IMG/VR virus record: IMGVR_UViG_3300028591_000106
Location: 82,597-146,596 of that record
Direction: 5' to 3' (one strand)
DNA: 64,000 nt
From: a virus
Taxonomy: Duplodnaviria; Caudoviricetes
Below are positions 12,714-25,549 of this stretch, one piece after another; position 1 is the stretch's first letter, and each line of letters starts with the position of its first letter. A program made the translations under genes and the position numbers. Under the pieces are notes generated by a model. That model was given only the letters and a program-made list of their open reading frames with translations. It ran no database searches and was not told where the DNA came from.

Positions 12714-13031
12714 ATGGAAACAATGTTGGGTATGAGTGCAGGTTCTGTTCTTGGTATTGCAGGAACTTTGGCAGCTATTAATACTATTATTGTAGAGGTA
12801 TTGAAGAATATTCTTCCTAAAAAAGTTCCTACTAAAATTGTTGCCATGATCTCTGCTATGGTCGTTGTTCTTGGATACATTTTCCTTTTTGGAGTTATTA
12901 CTCCTCAAAGCATTATTCTCGGTATCCTTGGCGGCTTTGTTGTAGCTTTTATTTCCATGTTCGGTTTTGATTCTCTTAAAGATATATTTAATAGATTCAA
13001 AATCAAGGAGGATGACGGTGGTGAGAAATAA
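12714..13031 (+). CDS. holin
   Basis: 105 aa, three hydrophobic helices, directly after the endolysin. Confidence 0.75.
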   Translation: METMLGMSAGSVLGIAGTLAAINTIIVEVLKNILPKKVPTKIVAMISAMVVVLGYIFLFGVITPQSIILGILGGFVVAFISMFGFDSLKDIFNRFKIKEDDGGEK

Positions 13032-16000
13032 TGGCGGAAAACAGATCAACAGAACAGGAAAGGTTTGATGATTTTGTTACTAATCTTATTAAAACAACCG
13101 ATGTTTCAGATTTTAATGGAGCCTTGCTTAAAGGATTGGAGAATTAGACACCTGATTTTTGGAGATATATGATTGATTATATGTATCATGAATATGAAGA
13201 TTAGTATTTAGGTCATGCGCCCATTCAAGAAGATGACTTCCCCGGAACTCCATCATTTGTTGAATTTTTGAATCAGTATATTGATTTAGATAATGATACA
13301 AATAGAAAAACAAGTTGGTCTACAATTTGGCAACAAATTAAAACCAATGCAATTAAAGGGGATAATGAGGTATGGAATGAGTCATTAGCGAATATTATTA
13401 AAACTTTCGTTAATGCTTTTGATTCTAACGGAAGAATTTATATTAGAGGCAAAGAGGGCGAAGAAGGCAGCGTTTATATTTCTATTTATGATATAATGCA
13501 TGCCAACGCTGGACATAAATTTTATGGTAGCGGCGATAAAAATGATTGGGTAATCCCCAACATTAATATTGATAATGAGGCTTATGGCGAAGTAAGAGGG
13601 AAAGATAAGATTACTTCTGTTTTAAATAATGATGAAGAACTTTAGTTCACTAGTCTTGCTAAATTTCACGATAGTACAGAAAGAATAAAAGCAGAACTTT
13701 ATAATGCTGCTAAAAGTGCGCAAGAAGTATATGTTGTATTCCTAAGTAATTCTTGGGAGGAAGCAAGAAGCCATATTACTCCTGATTTATAGCATATTTT
13801 AGATTATTGGGAGATAAATGAAGAAGAGCTTAAGAGAATAATAGAAAATGATGGTATTAATGTGAGTCAATATTTGATAATTTATTCAGAGACTTACCCT
13901 GAAAAACCAGAATAGCTCAACGATTATCCAGATATAAAATATCCTCTTAAAGAAGCTTCATGGCTTCGTTTACTTATGCCTAAATATCTTCGTAAAGTTG
14001 AGGTTGAAGATTTAAACCGTAACTTTTGGGTACTAGGGCAAACAATGTCTGCTGTCTGTGCATTTCTTTTCGGACCAAATGCTCCTTTTGCAAAATTGTT
14101 TGAAGATATGGCGGCAGAAATAACACAGCTTTGGGAAAACATTCTTTATCTTTGGCTTGCTTTTGCTATGGCGACTTAGAAGCCTGAGATTACAGATGTC
14201 CATACTGAAATAGTTTATCTTCCTAATAGCGTTTATGAACCATATATTAAATTTGACAATTTTGATAAAGAAACTATTGTATTTGACGATAGTTTTTGGG
14301 AAGACGTTAAGACAAAATGTAACTATATAGTTACTTAGCATTCTGATTCTCATGTTGTTATTGTTCCTAAAATTAGATGGAAGAATTTTAAACATAATTA
14401 TTATGAGGTAGAAGTATGGCCTGGTATTCTTTGGTATAATAGGAATACTAATCAATATACATATTCTAAATTTAGAACTTTAAAGAAAATATCTGACACC
14501 GCTTATGATGAAGATTTACGCCCATATTGCTTAGGTGCTGCATAGGCAAGTGCGAATATAGCTGTAAAAATATTAGCTGGATCTACTTTTGAGGATGCTT
14601 TTATTAAATATAGTGTTCCTGATTTAGACCATTTATTAATAGCATGGGGAATGTCAACAGATGATTATAAAAATCTTTTAGAAGAAGAGGGTGCGGGTGT
14701 CGGATAGTCTTTATTTAGGTTTTATTCATCTTATCCAGCAGGACTCCCAGCAGATTCAGGTAGAATAGGATTCCTTTTAAAGAAAGATCATAATGACGAA
14801 TATATCTATCCTGCAACAGTAACTGTAGCTGAATAGTGGGCTAATGATCATGACGGTATTATTGTTGATGCCGCATCCTCAACATACTATTCTTTATGTT
14901 GGGCTATTAAAGAGGATGAATTTGATTATAGCTTGATTCCATCAGATTATGTTTTAGATCATCCAGGATATAAGAGTGAACCATATTATACTATAATTAG
15001 AACTCTTCCTTCTATAAAGTTCGGATATAATTCTACCTTAAAAAGATTGTATGTTGAGAGTCTTCGTATTAAAATTTAGGATGTAGGAACATTATTCTTT
15101 TACTATCAAGAATCTGGATCCATTATTGATGAATATGAACCAATGACCGGATATGACCAAAATGGAGCAATAATTGATTTCAAACATACGGTAAAGCCAT
15201 ATAGAGAAACAATTTAGAATCCTTCCGCTCCCAATCCTTAGCCGGCAGAAATTCCTTGTAATTTTCCTATCAAATCTATGATGGATGTGCATAGAGGCGC
15301 ATATTATCAAGGAGAAATTCCTAGCTGGCTTATTGCTTGGGATGCTACTCCAGAGCCACCTCCAGAACCAGAGCCTGATCCAACTCTTTATTAGATAGAT
15401 TTTAAAGAGATTCAATTAAATCCTTCTTCTTTAATTTTTAATTAGATAGGAAACATATATACAATAGTTGATTAGGCATATAAAAATATTACTTCTACTA
15501 ATATTTTAGAAGAGTTTAGAGCCGCATATGGAAATAGAATGACTGGCAATGGTTACTATATGGATAATAGTGATTATAGTAGTAATATAAATAATAGCGA
15601 TCATCCATTTAAACAAGATTTCCCTATAAAAGCAGATAATGATTTAGGTTTACAGCAATGGGAATCTCGTACTGGCGGATATGGAAGACAAGAAGCTGAT
15701 TTACAAGATCATAATGATCATTCAGATTCTCCAGTTGGACAAAGTTTTTATACTTGGGAAGCATTTAATTTAATAAATGGTCTTGAACAAGTACCGAGAT
15801 AGATTAATGGTTAGCAACAATTAATTTCCGGAGATGCTTATACGCTATATAACTATGCTGATGCAAATCCTCCTTAGAAAGATAATGGTGCATATTGTTT
15901 AATGATAGGAACTCATCAGGTTTAGTTATGGAGAAACATTTGGAGTCCAACTATAATACCTTTTGGAGGTTAGCATATTAGTTCAGAAATGGGTTCTGAT

Positions 16001-16888
16001 TATGTTACCTATTATATGGATGGAGATACTCTTTCATCTATTAATTGGTAGTATGATTCAGAGGCGGCAGAAGATGCTAGAGCTAATTATCCTGCTCTTC
16101 AATATTATCCAAAACATGCTTTTTCAATTTCAAACTGTGCTTTACTACATAGATATGAAAATTAGGAATTGCAAATAAGTGCGAAAGACATACTTTATTC
16201 TTCATTCTTACATAAAATGTATGCCCCTTCTGGATGGTTAAGACGAAGCGGCGGTATGTATAAACATTTTAGTATGAATAAGACTTTCTATCTTATTAAA
16301 GCTAGTGATAATAATGTATTATTAGAAGATAACTGGATTTGTATGCATATTCGTACATCTTGGGGTAGATATGCTGTAAATTAGAATCCTGTAAATGTAT
16401 ATTCTACTAATAAATATACAGATCCTAGTGATAAAGATGATACCACAGGTTAGATTATCGCATCAATTTCAATGTACTTTTTCTTCCCTGATGGCAGATG
16501 TGTTTATGCTATTTTAGATAGATATGACTCTTATGGATTTGGAGAACATACTTATCCTACTTGGCAAAATGCTATTAGTGGCTTGGGACACGATGCAGAA
16601 TATTATTTAAAGAATTGGAACTTAAGATTCTATGGAGACTTTGGAGCAAATAATAGAGAAGTATTCTTAAAGATATATAATAAAAATAATTTTACAAGTG
16701 GAAATCTTAAAGATGCAAACTATTCTTTATTTGGTTCAAATGGACATGATACTATACATGAATATGACGGTATTGAATATAAGTTTTCTCCTTATCCTGA
16801 TAATGAAGTCTATGATCCAATTCTTTATCCAAACACTTTAGTTAAAAATGCTGAAGGTAATAAAGTATCTATTCTAAATGAGTCTTAA
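13031..16888 (+). CDS. large hypothetical (probable virion) protein, 1285 aa, paralog A (many TAG)
   Basis: Five ORF-track fragments in one frame; no TAA/TGA by hand translation. Confidence 0.85.
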
Positions 16889-16900
16889 TGAGGTGAGTAA

Positions 16901-19789
16901 ATGAATAGGGTTTATTAGTAGATTTTACAAAATTTAATTAACTCTAACTTTTAGCTCCCTGAATAGAATAGCGATTTTTATGATTGGTTAGCACACATTG
17001 CAGAAGCCTTACCAAATGCTTCTGGAAAAATAGATTTGGATAGCAATCTCCCTTCTTATTAGGAGGGGGATGCTAATCCAGTTCCAGATTGGAAAACCTC
17101 CATATTTTATACCGATCCTGAAACGGGAGAGGAAGTAGCTAATCCATTATGGAATGAATCTGTAAAACAGCTATGGGATGCTATAAAAGAGTATAGTAAA
17201 TAGCCTACTGGTGAAAATGGGTATGATGAAAGAACGATTGATATTTATCTTGAAGATAAAAAAGATACGGATACTCCAATATCTTCTATGAGTTTAGATG
17301 ATATTCGTTATTCAGATGCCGGCACAAATTTTGTTTCATTACTGTCTAGTTATGATAAATATTTCGGACCTTGGGTTAAACCTTGGCGCAATGTAGATAA
17401 TTAGATTTATAAGGAAGTAAGAAGTGTTGACTATATCTTAAAACAAATATTGAACTACACATATCTATAGTTCACAACTTATTCTTCAATTGATGCCAGC
17501 ACTAGCCGCGGCAGGGGTATTATTCATGGATAGATGAGATTGCTAATGCCTAAAAATAGCCGCCATGTTATTGTCGAAGACCTGAATCGTAATTTTTGGG
17601 TGCTGGGCAATTCTATTGCTGGACTATGTGCATATTTATTTGGATCAGGATCTCCATTAAAAGATATTTATTCTCGTTTAACAAATGAGCTAATTCAATT
17701 ATGGGAGAATGTTATTTCATTGTGGCTTATGGCGGCACTCTCTATGTTAAAACCATGTACTGATATCCATGTTGAATTATTCTTTGTTCCAAATAGTATG
17801 TCAGAACCATATAAGAAATATGACAATTTTGATTTATTTTAGAACATTCCTGCAACAAAAGAAGATATCATTAACAATACTGTAGCATATGCAAGAAAGT
17901 ATCAAAACTCTAATTGCATCATGTTTCCAATGATTAGAAAAAATAACTATGAGAAAAATTATTTTGATTGGATTCTTATCCCCTTTGTTATCTTTATTAT
18001 CAGAGAGGGAAATGGAGAAGAAAAAGTTATTGTTCAGGAGTTAAGAGACACTCAAAATTATTGGGTACAAGCTCATCCAGTTGACTATGCTCAAAAATTG
18101 TGGTGTGCTAGAGAGACTCCATTAGAATATTACTATTCTTATCCTCTTAGTGAGATTCCAATAAAAGAAGATATTTCTCAAATGGCTCATAAATTTTATT
18201 CTGGCTTTAGACCTCATTTATCTTTTACGGAAAAAGGATATGAGAAGGGTAGCTTATATTTAAAAGATCTTGAAATATCATTCACCGATGCAATAGGAGA
18301 AGCTTTTGCTAAAGATGATTTAACAACATTAAGTTTTAAAATCAATAAGCTGACTTCTGCTTTAGGTGAAGGGTATATAAATTAGACTATTAAAGAAGAA
18401 GTTAATTCAAGTTAGGATTCAACGGATGTATTGACAGCTAGACCGACAGGAGGATCTTTTACAGGTTATTATCTTGGAGATTTTCCTTCTGCTTGTGATA
18501 TAAGTGTCTAGGGTAAACATTTCAAAGTTGTTTCTGAAAACAGTCTCGCAACTTAGGCTAAGCTAATTAAAATTGGACAGTATCTTCCAAAAGTATATAA
18601 CACAAGAACGGGGATTTAGACAGCAGATATTTATTCTGACCCTTCTTATTTCCATCCTCAATATAATAGTAGCCATCAAGAAACTAGCTATGAATTAAAT
18701 TATACTCCAAATGATAAGAGTAGGTATCCTGGTACTGGAATGCCTATTGATTCATGTGATTTCTATGTTTGTGATCCAAATTCATATTGCTTTAAGAGGA
18801 AAGTAGATTTAAATGAAAATCCTTCTGAAACTAATTCTGCTTGGACTAAATTAAAAGATATTGGAAATGAAGTTATTTCAGAATTTTTACACAATAAGAA
18901 TACTGATAAAATAACATATCTTATGGCGGCAATTGGAGTAAGACCTTGGCGTAATGAAGATACTAAACCAAATGCTTGGTAGAAATAGGGGTATTGGACA
19001 AATACTATCTTAACGCATATGTATCGTTTTATTCCACATAAGTTAATTGACTTTTGGGATAAATATGGTAAGTCAAAGGATGTAGAAGTATATGAATTTA
19101 ACATCAATGGTTAGAAATGTTATTTGGAATGCTTAGGCTTTGTTGGAAAAGATGAAACTGCTTTTGGCGGAACGGTTAACTTTAAGTAGGTAGTAACAAC
19201 ATGGAGATTGCCAGAGCTTCGTTCATATTATGATGATCACTATAATGACTTCCTTGAATTATAGGATGTTTACGATAAAGAAACTAAATATTACTTAGAT
19301 ATGGCAAAATATGACAGCACAGATCCTTTAAGGCAAAAATATGAAGAAGGTAAGCAAAGCGGCGATTGGACTTAGTTTGAAGATTTCTTGAGTGATAATT
19401 ATCGTGATTATAAAGACGATTTCCTTCCAGCAATTAAAGTCGGTGAAGACATTACTACCTTAGCTGGATTATGGAATGTTTATGACGGCAATGTTAAAAT
19501 GCTAGAATCATATCCACAACCTGCAGAACTGAATCATAAATATCATAATTAGCTTGTATATGATGATCAGGGAAGAACTTGTAGATATAGAGAAGTTGGT
19601 AGCTTGTATTTCAATTTTGTAAATAATTCAATAGTGTTACCAACTGAAACAACTCCAGTGACGATTAATAACTCACAATATTGGGCTTACTGTCGTGCAT
19701 AGAATGAACAGAATCCAAAGAAAGTCAATGGAACTTATATTATGATAATAAACGATGACATAATTTAGCAATACACAATTCATTTTTAA
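16901..19789 (+). CDS. large hypothetical (probable virion) protein, 962 aa, paralog B (many TAG, tandem TAG-TAG at codons 6-7)
   Basis: One open frame with TAG=Q; shares RLLMPK..VEDLNRNFWVLG..QLWEN with paralog A. Confidence 0.85.
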
Positions 19790-19793
19790 TTTT

Positions 19794-19839
19794 AAGGGAG
19801 AGGTCAAAACTTGACTTCTCCTTTATTTTATGATATAAT
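19794..19839 (+). promoter_or_regulatory. terminator hairpin overlapping a sigmaA promoter
   Basis: AAGGGAGAGGTCAA/TTGACTTCTCCTTT stem; the 3' arm starts with TTGACT, 17 nt before TATAAT. Confidence 0.7.
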
Positions 19840-19861
19840 ATTCTTATAGAGAGGTGAGAAA

Positions 19862-20971
19862 ATGGAATTTAATATTAGATAGCAAAACATTATTAAATCT
19901 GACGCGAAAAATATTTTGTGTATGGCTACTGCAGCGGCAGGAAAGACTCGTACTTTAATTGGACGAATTGAACATTTGCTTGATAATGGTGAGCCGCCTG
20001 GTCTTATTGTTGCTTTTACCTTCACAAATTAGGCGGCTGAAGAAATGAAGAAGCGTTTAGGCGATAAATGTAGAGGAATGTTTATCGGCACTATTCATTC
20101 TTATGGTAATAAGATTTGTAATATCGCAGGTATTGGTACTCAACTAGATATTGCTATGGAAAGATTTGATGAAATCTTAAAGAAAGCAAATCGAGTTCCT
20201 TTGAAATATTTCCCTGAAGTCGATTATTTATTTGTAGATGAGTTTCAGGATACTGACCATATTCAGTATCAATTCATTGAGCGTATTCCTGCAAAAAATA
20301 GATTCTATGTCGGTGATGAACGACAGTTTATCTATTCTTTCCGCGGTGCATCAGATGAATATATTAGACAGTTAGCAGAAGATGACAGCTTTAAGAAGTA
20401 TTATCTTGTTGAAAACTATCGTAATCCGCCTAACTTCATTCGCTTTGCAGATGAATTTCTTAATTCAATGCCCAAGATTTCGCCGCCATCCATCCCTACA
20501 AAAACTAAAGAGGGATATCTTGATGAGGATTGCAGCTTTAATGACGCGGCAGAAGAAATGAGCTGGACAAATGATTGGACAGGTTGGGCAGTTCTTTGTC
20601 GTGCCAATAGTGAGGTAGAGGCTGCAGAGAGATATCTTAATGGTGAAAACACCAGTGGTATCAAAATTCCAAATGTTATTGTTAAGCGTGGAGATTTAGA
20701 CCTCGAAGCAATGGGAGATTTACTTGGATAGAATAAGGTCAAAATTATGACAATTCATTCAGCTAAAGGTCTTGAATTCCCTCATGTAGTGGTTATTGGA
20801 GCAAAAACATTTAATCAAGAAGAGCGAAGAATCGCATATGTTGCTGCTACTAGAGCTATGGAGTCTCTTTACTGGTGTCGAACGATTCGAACCTATCGCG
20901 GCAAAGCAAGAGGGAAATCTCATTTAGCCGGAGATGTTTTCTCAAAAGATAAACCTATGATTGAATTTTGA
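19862..20971 (+). CDS. compact UvrD/PcrA-family SF1 helicase (3 TAG)
   Basis: FNIR(Q)Q Q-motif, AAAGKT, FTFTN(Q)[46 protein letters not shown]. Confidence 0.92.
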
Positions 20972-20980
20972 GGTAAGATA

Positions 20981-21517
20981 ATGGATATGTCTTTAGTTAC
21001 AATTTATGAGAATGATGATCAAAAAATTGAAATGGTTAAGCCTGTTGCTGACTGGCTCTGGTTTAAACGAGCGACAAGGTATAAGTTGACTCCGGCTGAA
21101 TGCGAAATGATTTCAAACGAAGCAGCTCATATAGCTCTTTCTTTTGCTCCTAATAAAAGAAAATTGACAAAACCGATTATTACGACTTTAGAGATTCCTG
21201 TTTTTTCAAAAGATGTGCCATTGCTTAATCTCAGTGAGCCTTACAATATTTTTGAAGAAGCTATTCTTTTAATTGGGGATGCTTTTGGATTTGCAACTAA
21301 ACCTTTAACACAAGAGTGGCGACATGATTTGGCTGTATTAGTCACAACCTACTATGAACTATAGGGATTAGGTTCTTGTCTATGCTCATTCTTCTCTGAA
21401 CCAATATGCAAAGTTGATGGATTCTTATGGTATTATAATGACGATAATGAAAGTAGAGGTCCGATTTGTTTACCTTTTATATTGAACGACGGAAAATTTA
21501 AGAAACTTTACGAGTAA
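20981..21517 (+). CDS. hypothetical protein (1 TAG)
   Basis: ORF 20981-21364 reads through TAG to TAA. Confidence 0.7.
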
Positions 21518-21605
21518 TTATTACTTTATAATGTAGCTCTCCGTTGAGTTATTATATTTTTACAGTAATCCTTTAGATGTCGGCAACGACAAAAGGAGGA
21601 TTTAA

Positions 21606-22532
21606 ATGAAAAGAAATAACTTACATGTAAGAGTAATGATTGCTGGATTTTTACTCATTTTAATTTCTGTGATCACCGTGTTCTGTTTGACTTTCTGTAA
21701 CAGAACAAATGTTACACCTGAATTATCAAGTTCACTCTCAGAAGTTGAAGAGCTGACAACAGAAACAACTGTTACAACTACTGAAACTTCATCTTATACT
21801 TCAACGGAAACTACAACCTTGATGGAAGAATCTACAACTGCTACCCCAGTTGAAGAAACAACTATCACTGAAGTTACAACAGAAACAGTTCTGGAATAGG
21901 AATCTGAGACATTACAGACTTCTACTTCTGCATCGGCTGAACTGACAACAGAAATGACTTCAACATTACAAACTACAGCAGTAACCCCAACACCAGCTTT
22001 AAAAAGCGTTGAAGAAATTGCAAGAGAAGTGTGGCGAGGTTTGTGGGGCGTAGGAGAAGATAGAAAAGAACGCTTGGAAGCTGCAGGATATAACTACGAT
22101 GAAGTACAAAAAGTAGTTTGTCAAGTCGGACATGAGTTCGAAACCAATCCAAATCCTGTAGAAGATACGCCTTGTGGACTACAAGTCTAGTTTGTAAAAA
22201 CTTTTTCTCGTGGAACTTATTATGCATATGGCGGTCCTCGTAGAGGAGGCTCAGGCAGGTAGCTTATTGACTGCTCTTAGGGAGACGGCGGCATAAAAGG
22301 CTCTATTGCAAGTTGGTATTTATATAATAATTATGGATACAATTATAATGGCAAGCGCACAACGGTTTATCTTGAGGTAGAGGGCTATCCTCAAATGAAT
22401 GGTCTCTATTATCTTGATGATAGTTGCGCACCAGGATACAATAATGTAATTGACTTTTTCTTTTTATACAATAGCAACTGTCCTTTCCAATATTAGGGCG
22501 TTGTAAAAGTTGATTGCTCTATTGTAAAATAA
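21606..22532 (+). CDS. membrane-anchored cell-wall protein: TM, Thr/Glu-rich stalk, CW_7 repeat, 3D/lytic-transglycosylase-like domain (TAG=Q)
   Basis: KSVEEIAREVWRGLWGVGEDRKERLEAAGYNYDEVQ is a Cpl-7 repeat; C-terminal GTYY..YYLDDS..VIDFF. Confidence 0.75.
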
Positions 22533-22569
22533 CTATGTGAAAACATAGGATTACTGTAAAAATGTTTTT

Positions 22570-22598
22570 GAGGACGGCTTTATGTCGTCCTCTTTTTT
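22570..22598 (+). terminator. intrinsic terminator
   Basis: GAGGACGGC/GTCGTCCTC stem plus T tract. Confidence 0.75.
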
Positions 22599-22604
22599 AA
22601 TATC

Positions 22605-22633
22605 TTGACTTTTCTCTTGGACTGTGCTATAAT
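22605..22633 (+). promoter_or_regulatory. sigmaA-type promoter
   Basis: TTGACT-N17-TATAAT. Confidence 0.75.
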
Positions 22634-22644
22634 AGAAAAAAGAG

Positions 22645-23241
22645 GTGATAGATATGGGCAAAACTTTTATTATTGCTGATTTAGATTTATTCAATGCAGA
22701 TTTAGCAACTGAAATGGGATATGATGACTTTGACTCTATGAATAGAGAAGTGATCAACTCATGGAACTCTGGCGTCAAACCTGAAGATGATGTTATCATT
22801 ATGGGAAATGTCGGGAATGCGACTGTCGAGCAGCTTAAATCAGTTATTTCAAAACTTAATGGAACTTTGTGGCTAACTTCCAAAACTGCAAAAGAGCAAT
22901 TTACAAAAGCTGAATGGAAAGAAATTGGTATTGATCATGTATGGAGCATTCCTCTTTTCAAGACTTATGATAATGGAGATGAGGTTTACTATCCTATTCT
23001 GCCAATTAAAGTAATGTCTGTTTATGAGCAGCGTTATAAGGTCCTTGTAGTTGATCACAATAATCCAATTGAAGGATTTACAAAAGGAATCATGCTAAAT
23101 GCTAATGCGGCTAAGTGGCAATATTGCCCTTTGGATACAGATAATCTTATTGAACTCCACAAAAATATGCAAGAATTTGAATCAATGGAAGGCGGCGAAG
23201 AACATAGGTCAGATATCGAGGAGGAAACAAGTAATGGCTGA
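22645..23241 (+). CDS. calcineurin-like phosphoesterase-fold protein, catalytic motifs degenerate
   Basis: MNREVINSWNSGVKPEDDVIIMGNV matches phage metallophosphoesterases, but the DxH and GNHD motifs are altered. Confidence 0.6.
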   Translation: MIDMGKTFIIADLDLFNADLATEMGYDDFDSMNREVINSWNSGVKPEDDVIIMGNVGNATVEQLKSVISKLNGTLWLTSKTAKEQFTKAEWKEIGIDHVWSIPLFKTYDNGDEVYYPILPIKVMSVYEQRYKVLVVDHNNPIEGFTKGIMLNANAAKWQYCPLDTDNLIELHKNMQEFESMEGGEEHRSDIEEETSNG

Positions 23242-23584
23242 TGATATTTATACTTTTACCCTTGGTAGCGAGGAAGATATAAAAGCGCTTCAAGCTAAAT
23301 CTAAATAGTATGATTGTGATGCTCTTTATACTGTCGCGCCAAAACTTGAACCTTGCACAAGAGAAGAGTGGCAAACATTCATTAAAAATTATCCCAATAA
23401 ATTGCAAGAAGATTATTATATGGATGCCTATTCTTACAATGATTTCACCATTGCTAAGATGTGGCCTGGCAGTATTGTTGCAATGGCTTTCCCAGGTTAT
23501 GGCCCAAATGATCCAGATACCTTTAAGATTGCTAAAAATATGGATGAAGTTTTTGCTTCAATTAAGGAGGGTAAGAAAGAATGA
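23234..23584 (+). CDS. hypothetical protein (1 TAG)
   Basis: GAGG SD; in frame with fragment 23402-23584. Confidence 0.65.
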
Positions 23585-24393
23585 AAGTAACACTTGTAGG
23601 ATATACTCCAAGACCACTTTATGTTTGTGCCGAGGCGGCAGCAGTTTGTTATAATAGCGAGCCAGACCTTAAAATTGTAAAGGGATGTATTAAATCAGGA
23701 CATTAGTCTGTTCTTGAACATTGTAGTTTTACCTTTAGAATAGAAGGAATTTCTCGCAGTTGCTCGCATCAAATTGTGCGTCACCGTATTGCATCCTACT
23801 CACAGTAGAGTCAGCGTTATGTTAAATATGATGACCTTGACTGGGTAATTCCTGATTATGGAATTGATGAAGAATAGGCTCGTCATGCTTGTGATATTAT
23901 GCTTAATGTCTATAAAGACATGACAGATGAAACAGATCCCGGCTTCCAGAAGTCTACTATTGATGCAGCAAGATGCGTTCTTCCAAATGCAACTCCGACA
24001 ATCATTTATGTTACGATGAATCTAAGAGCTTTAATGCATTTCTGTAATGAGCGTATGTGTGCAAGAGCATCAAAAGAAATTCGTAATGTTGCCATGAAAA
24101 TGAAAGAATAGGTTATGGATGCACAACAGATTTCTTCTGAAGAAAAGAAGATTCTTGATACTGTTCTTGTTCCCAAGTGCATGGCTGGTCCTATTAAAGC
24201 TTGTCCTGAAAGAGATGGATGCGGAAGATATAAGCCACTTAAGGAATTTGTATGGCGTCCAAAAGCTAAGTGGGGAGCTTCAGATGTCGAGGGATCTCTA
24301 TTGGTAAAGTGCAGTAATTGTGGGTTTGATACTGGAGCATTAAGTTTTAACTTCTGTCCATCTTGCGGTGCAGCTATGGTGGTAGATGAATAA
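23581..24393 (+). CDS. thyX: flavin-dependent thymidylate synthase with C-terminal zinc ribbon (TAG=Q)
   Basis: GH(Q)[19 protein letters not shown](Q)[24 protein letters not shown]....A..EIR. Confidence 0.93.
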
Positions 24394-25385
24394 TGGAACT
24401 CTTTATTTTATTCATTGGCATGGTTCTCGGCGTTATCGGAGGACTCTGGGTTTACAAATTTATGTTAGAGGAACCGGAGCGCCGAGAAGATCAAAAGCTA
24501 TTCACAAATTTTATGGAAGCAAGAAAGAAGGTTGTCAGTAATTTTAAGGATAATTATGACAAGTTAATTGTCGAAATAAGTGCAGAATATAAAGCAAAAA
24601 AAGAACTTTATGAAAAGCAAATAGAAGAATTAGATGTAAAGCTTCATCTTGCAGAGGCTGAACGCGATGGTAGGATTGCTGCTATTTAGGAGGAGACTCT
24701 TAAAATTGTTGATGCAGAATCATAGCGTAAGGCGGCTGGACTTGCTAATGTTCAAACTTATTATGATTAGCAAGAGCAACAGATTCGTGAAGACTTTGAA
24801 CATTTTTAGGCGGGAATTGCTTGGGAGAAAAGAGAACTTCAAGATAAGATTAAATAGGAGCAGGCTAAGTACGATGAAATTGTTGAATCATTTAAGCGTC
24901 AAGAGCAAATCAAACAAGATAAAAACTTTTATCGTATTGTTCTATCAGAATCTTAGCTAGAAGATGTTAGAAAGCTCAAGAGTATCGCGGCGGAACTACA
25001 TGATCCATCTATTTTATATAAGTTAATTTATAAGACATATTATGAACGCCCTTTTAATGAAATGGTGGGTCGAGTTGTCACTGGGCGTGGAGATACTGGA
25101 ATATATAAAATCACAAATCTTGAAAATGGCAGGGTCTATATAGGTCAAACTCGCTAGGCTTTCAAAGAGCGTTGGCGTACTCATGTTAAGCGAGGACTTA
25201 GAGCAGAGCCAACTACTAATAATAAACTTTACGCCGCTATGTGGGAAGAGGGCGTAGAGAATTTTACTTTTGAAGTATTAGCGGAATGTAAGGCAACAGA
25301 GCTAAATGAAAAAGAAAAAGATTATATCTCTCTTTATCACGGGGATACTTGGGGATATAATTCTACTTCTGGAAATAATAATTGA
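24393..25385 (+). CDS. TM + coiled coil + GIY-YIG nuclease, 330 aa (7 TAG)
   Basis: N-terminal hydrophobic helix; C-terminal GIYKITNLENGRVYIGQT..RW..H..ENFTFEVL..EKE..I..GYN. Confidence 0.85.
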
Positions 25386-25393
25386 GAAGAAAT

Positions 25394-25422
25394 TTGACTT
25401 TTTATAAAAATAATGTTATAAT
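25394..25422 (+). promoter_or_regulatory. sigmaA-type promoter
   Basis: TTGACT-N17-TATAAT. Confidence 0.8.
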
Positions 25423-25549
25423 ATATATAGAAAATGAAAGAAGGGGATAAAATGATCGGTCTTATTGCTTTAGCAATACTCTTATATTTATACTATTCCG
25501 GTTTAGCAGATATAATCCTAACGATCTTTTTTGGAAAGGATGACAAGTA

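Noticed and set aside
1725-19789. Mass pseudogenisation or sequencing error in the structural region
   Set aside because: Interruptions are exclusively TAG, frames are preserved for kilobases without TAA/TGA, and a CUA tRNA is present.
24393-25385. Intron-encoded homing endonuclease in thyX
   Set aside because: thyX is uninterrupted, and the GIY-YIG domain is C-terminal in a separate TM protein.
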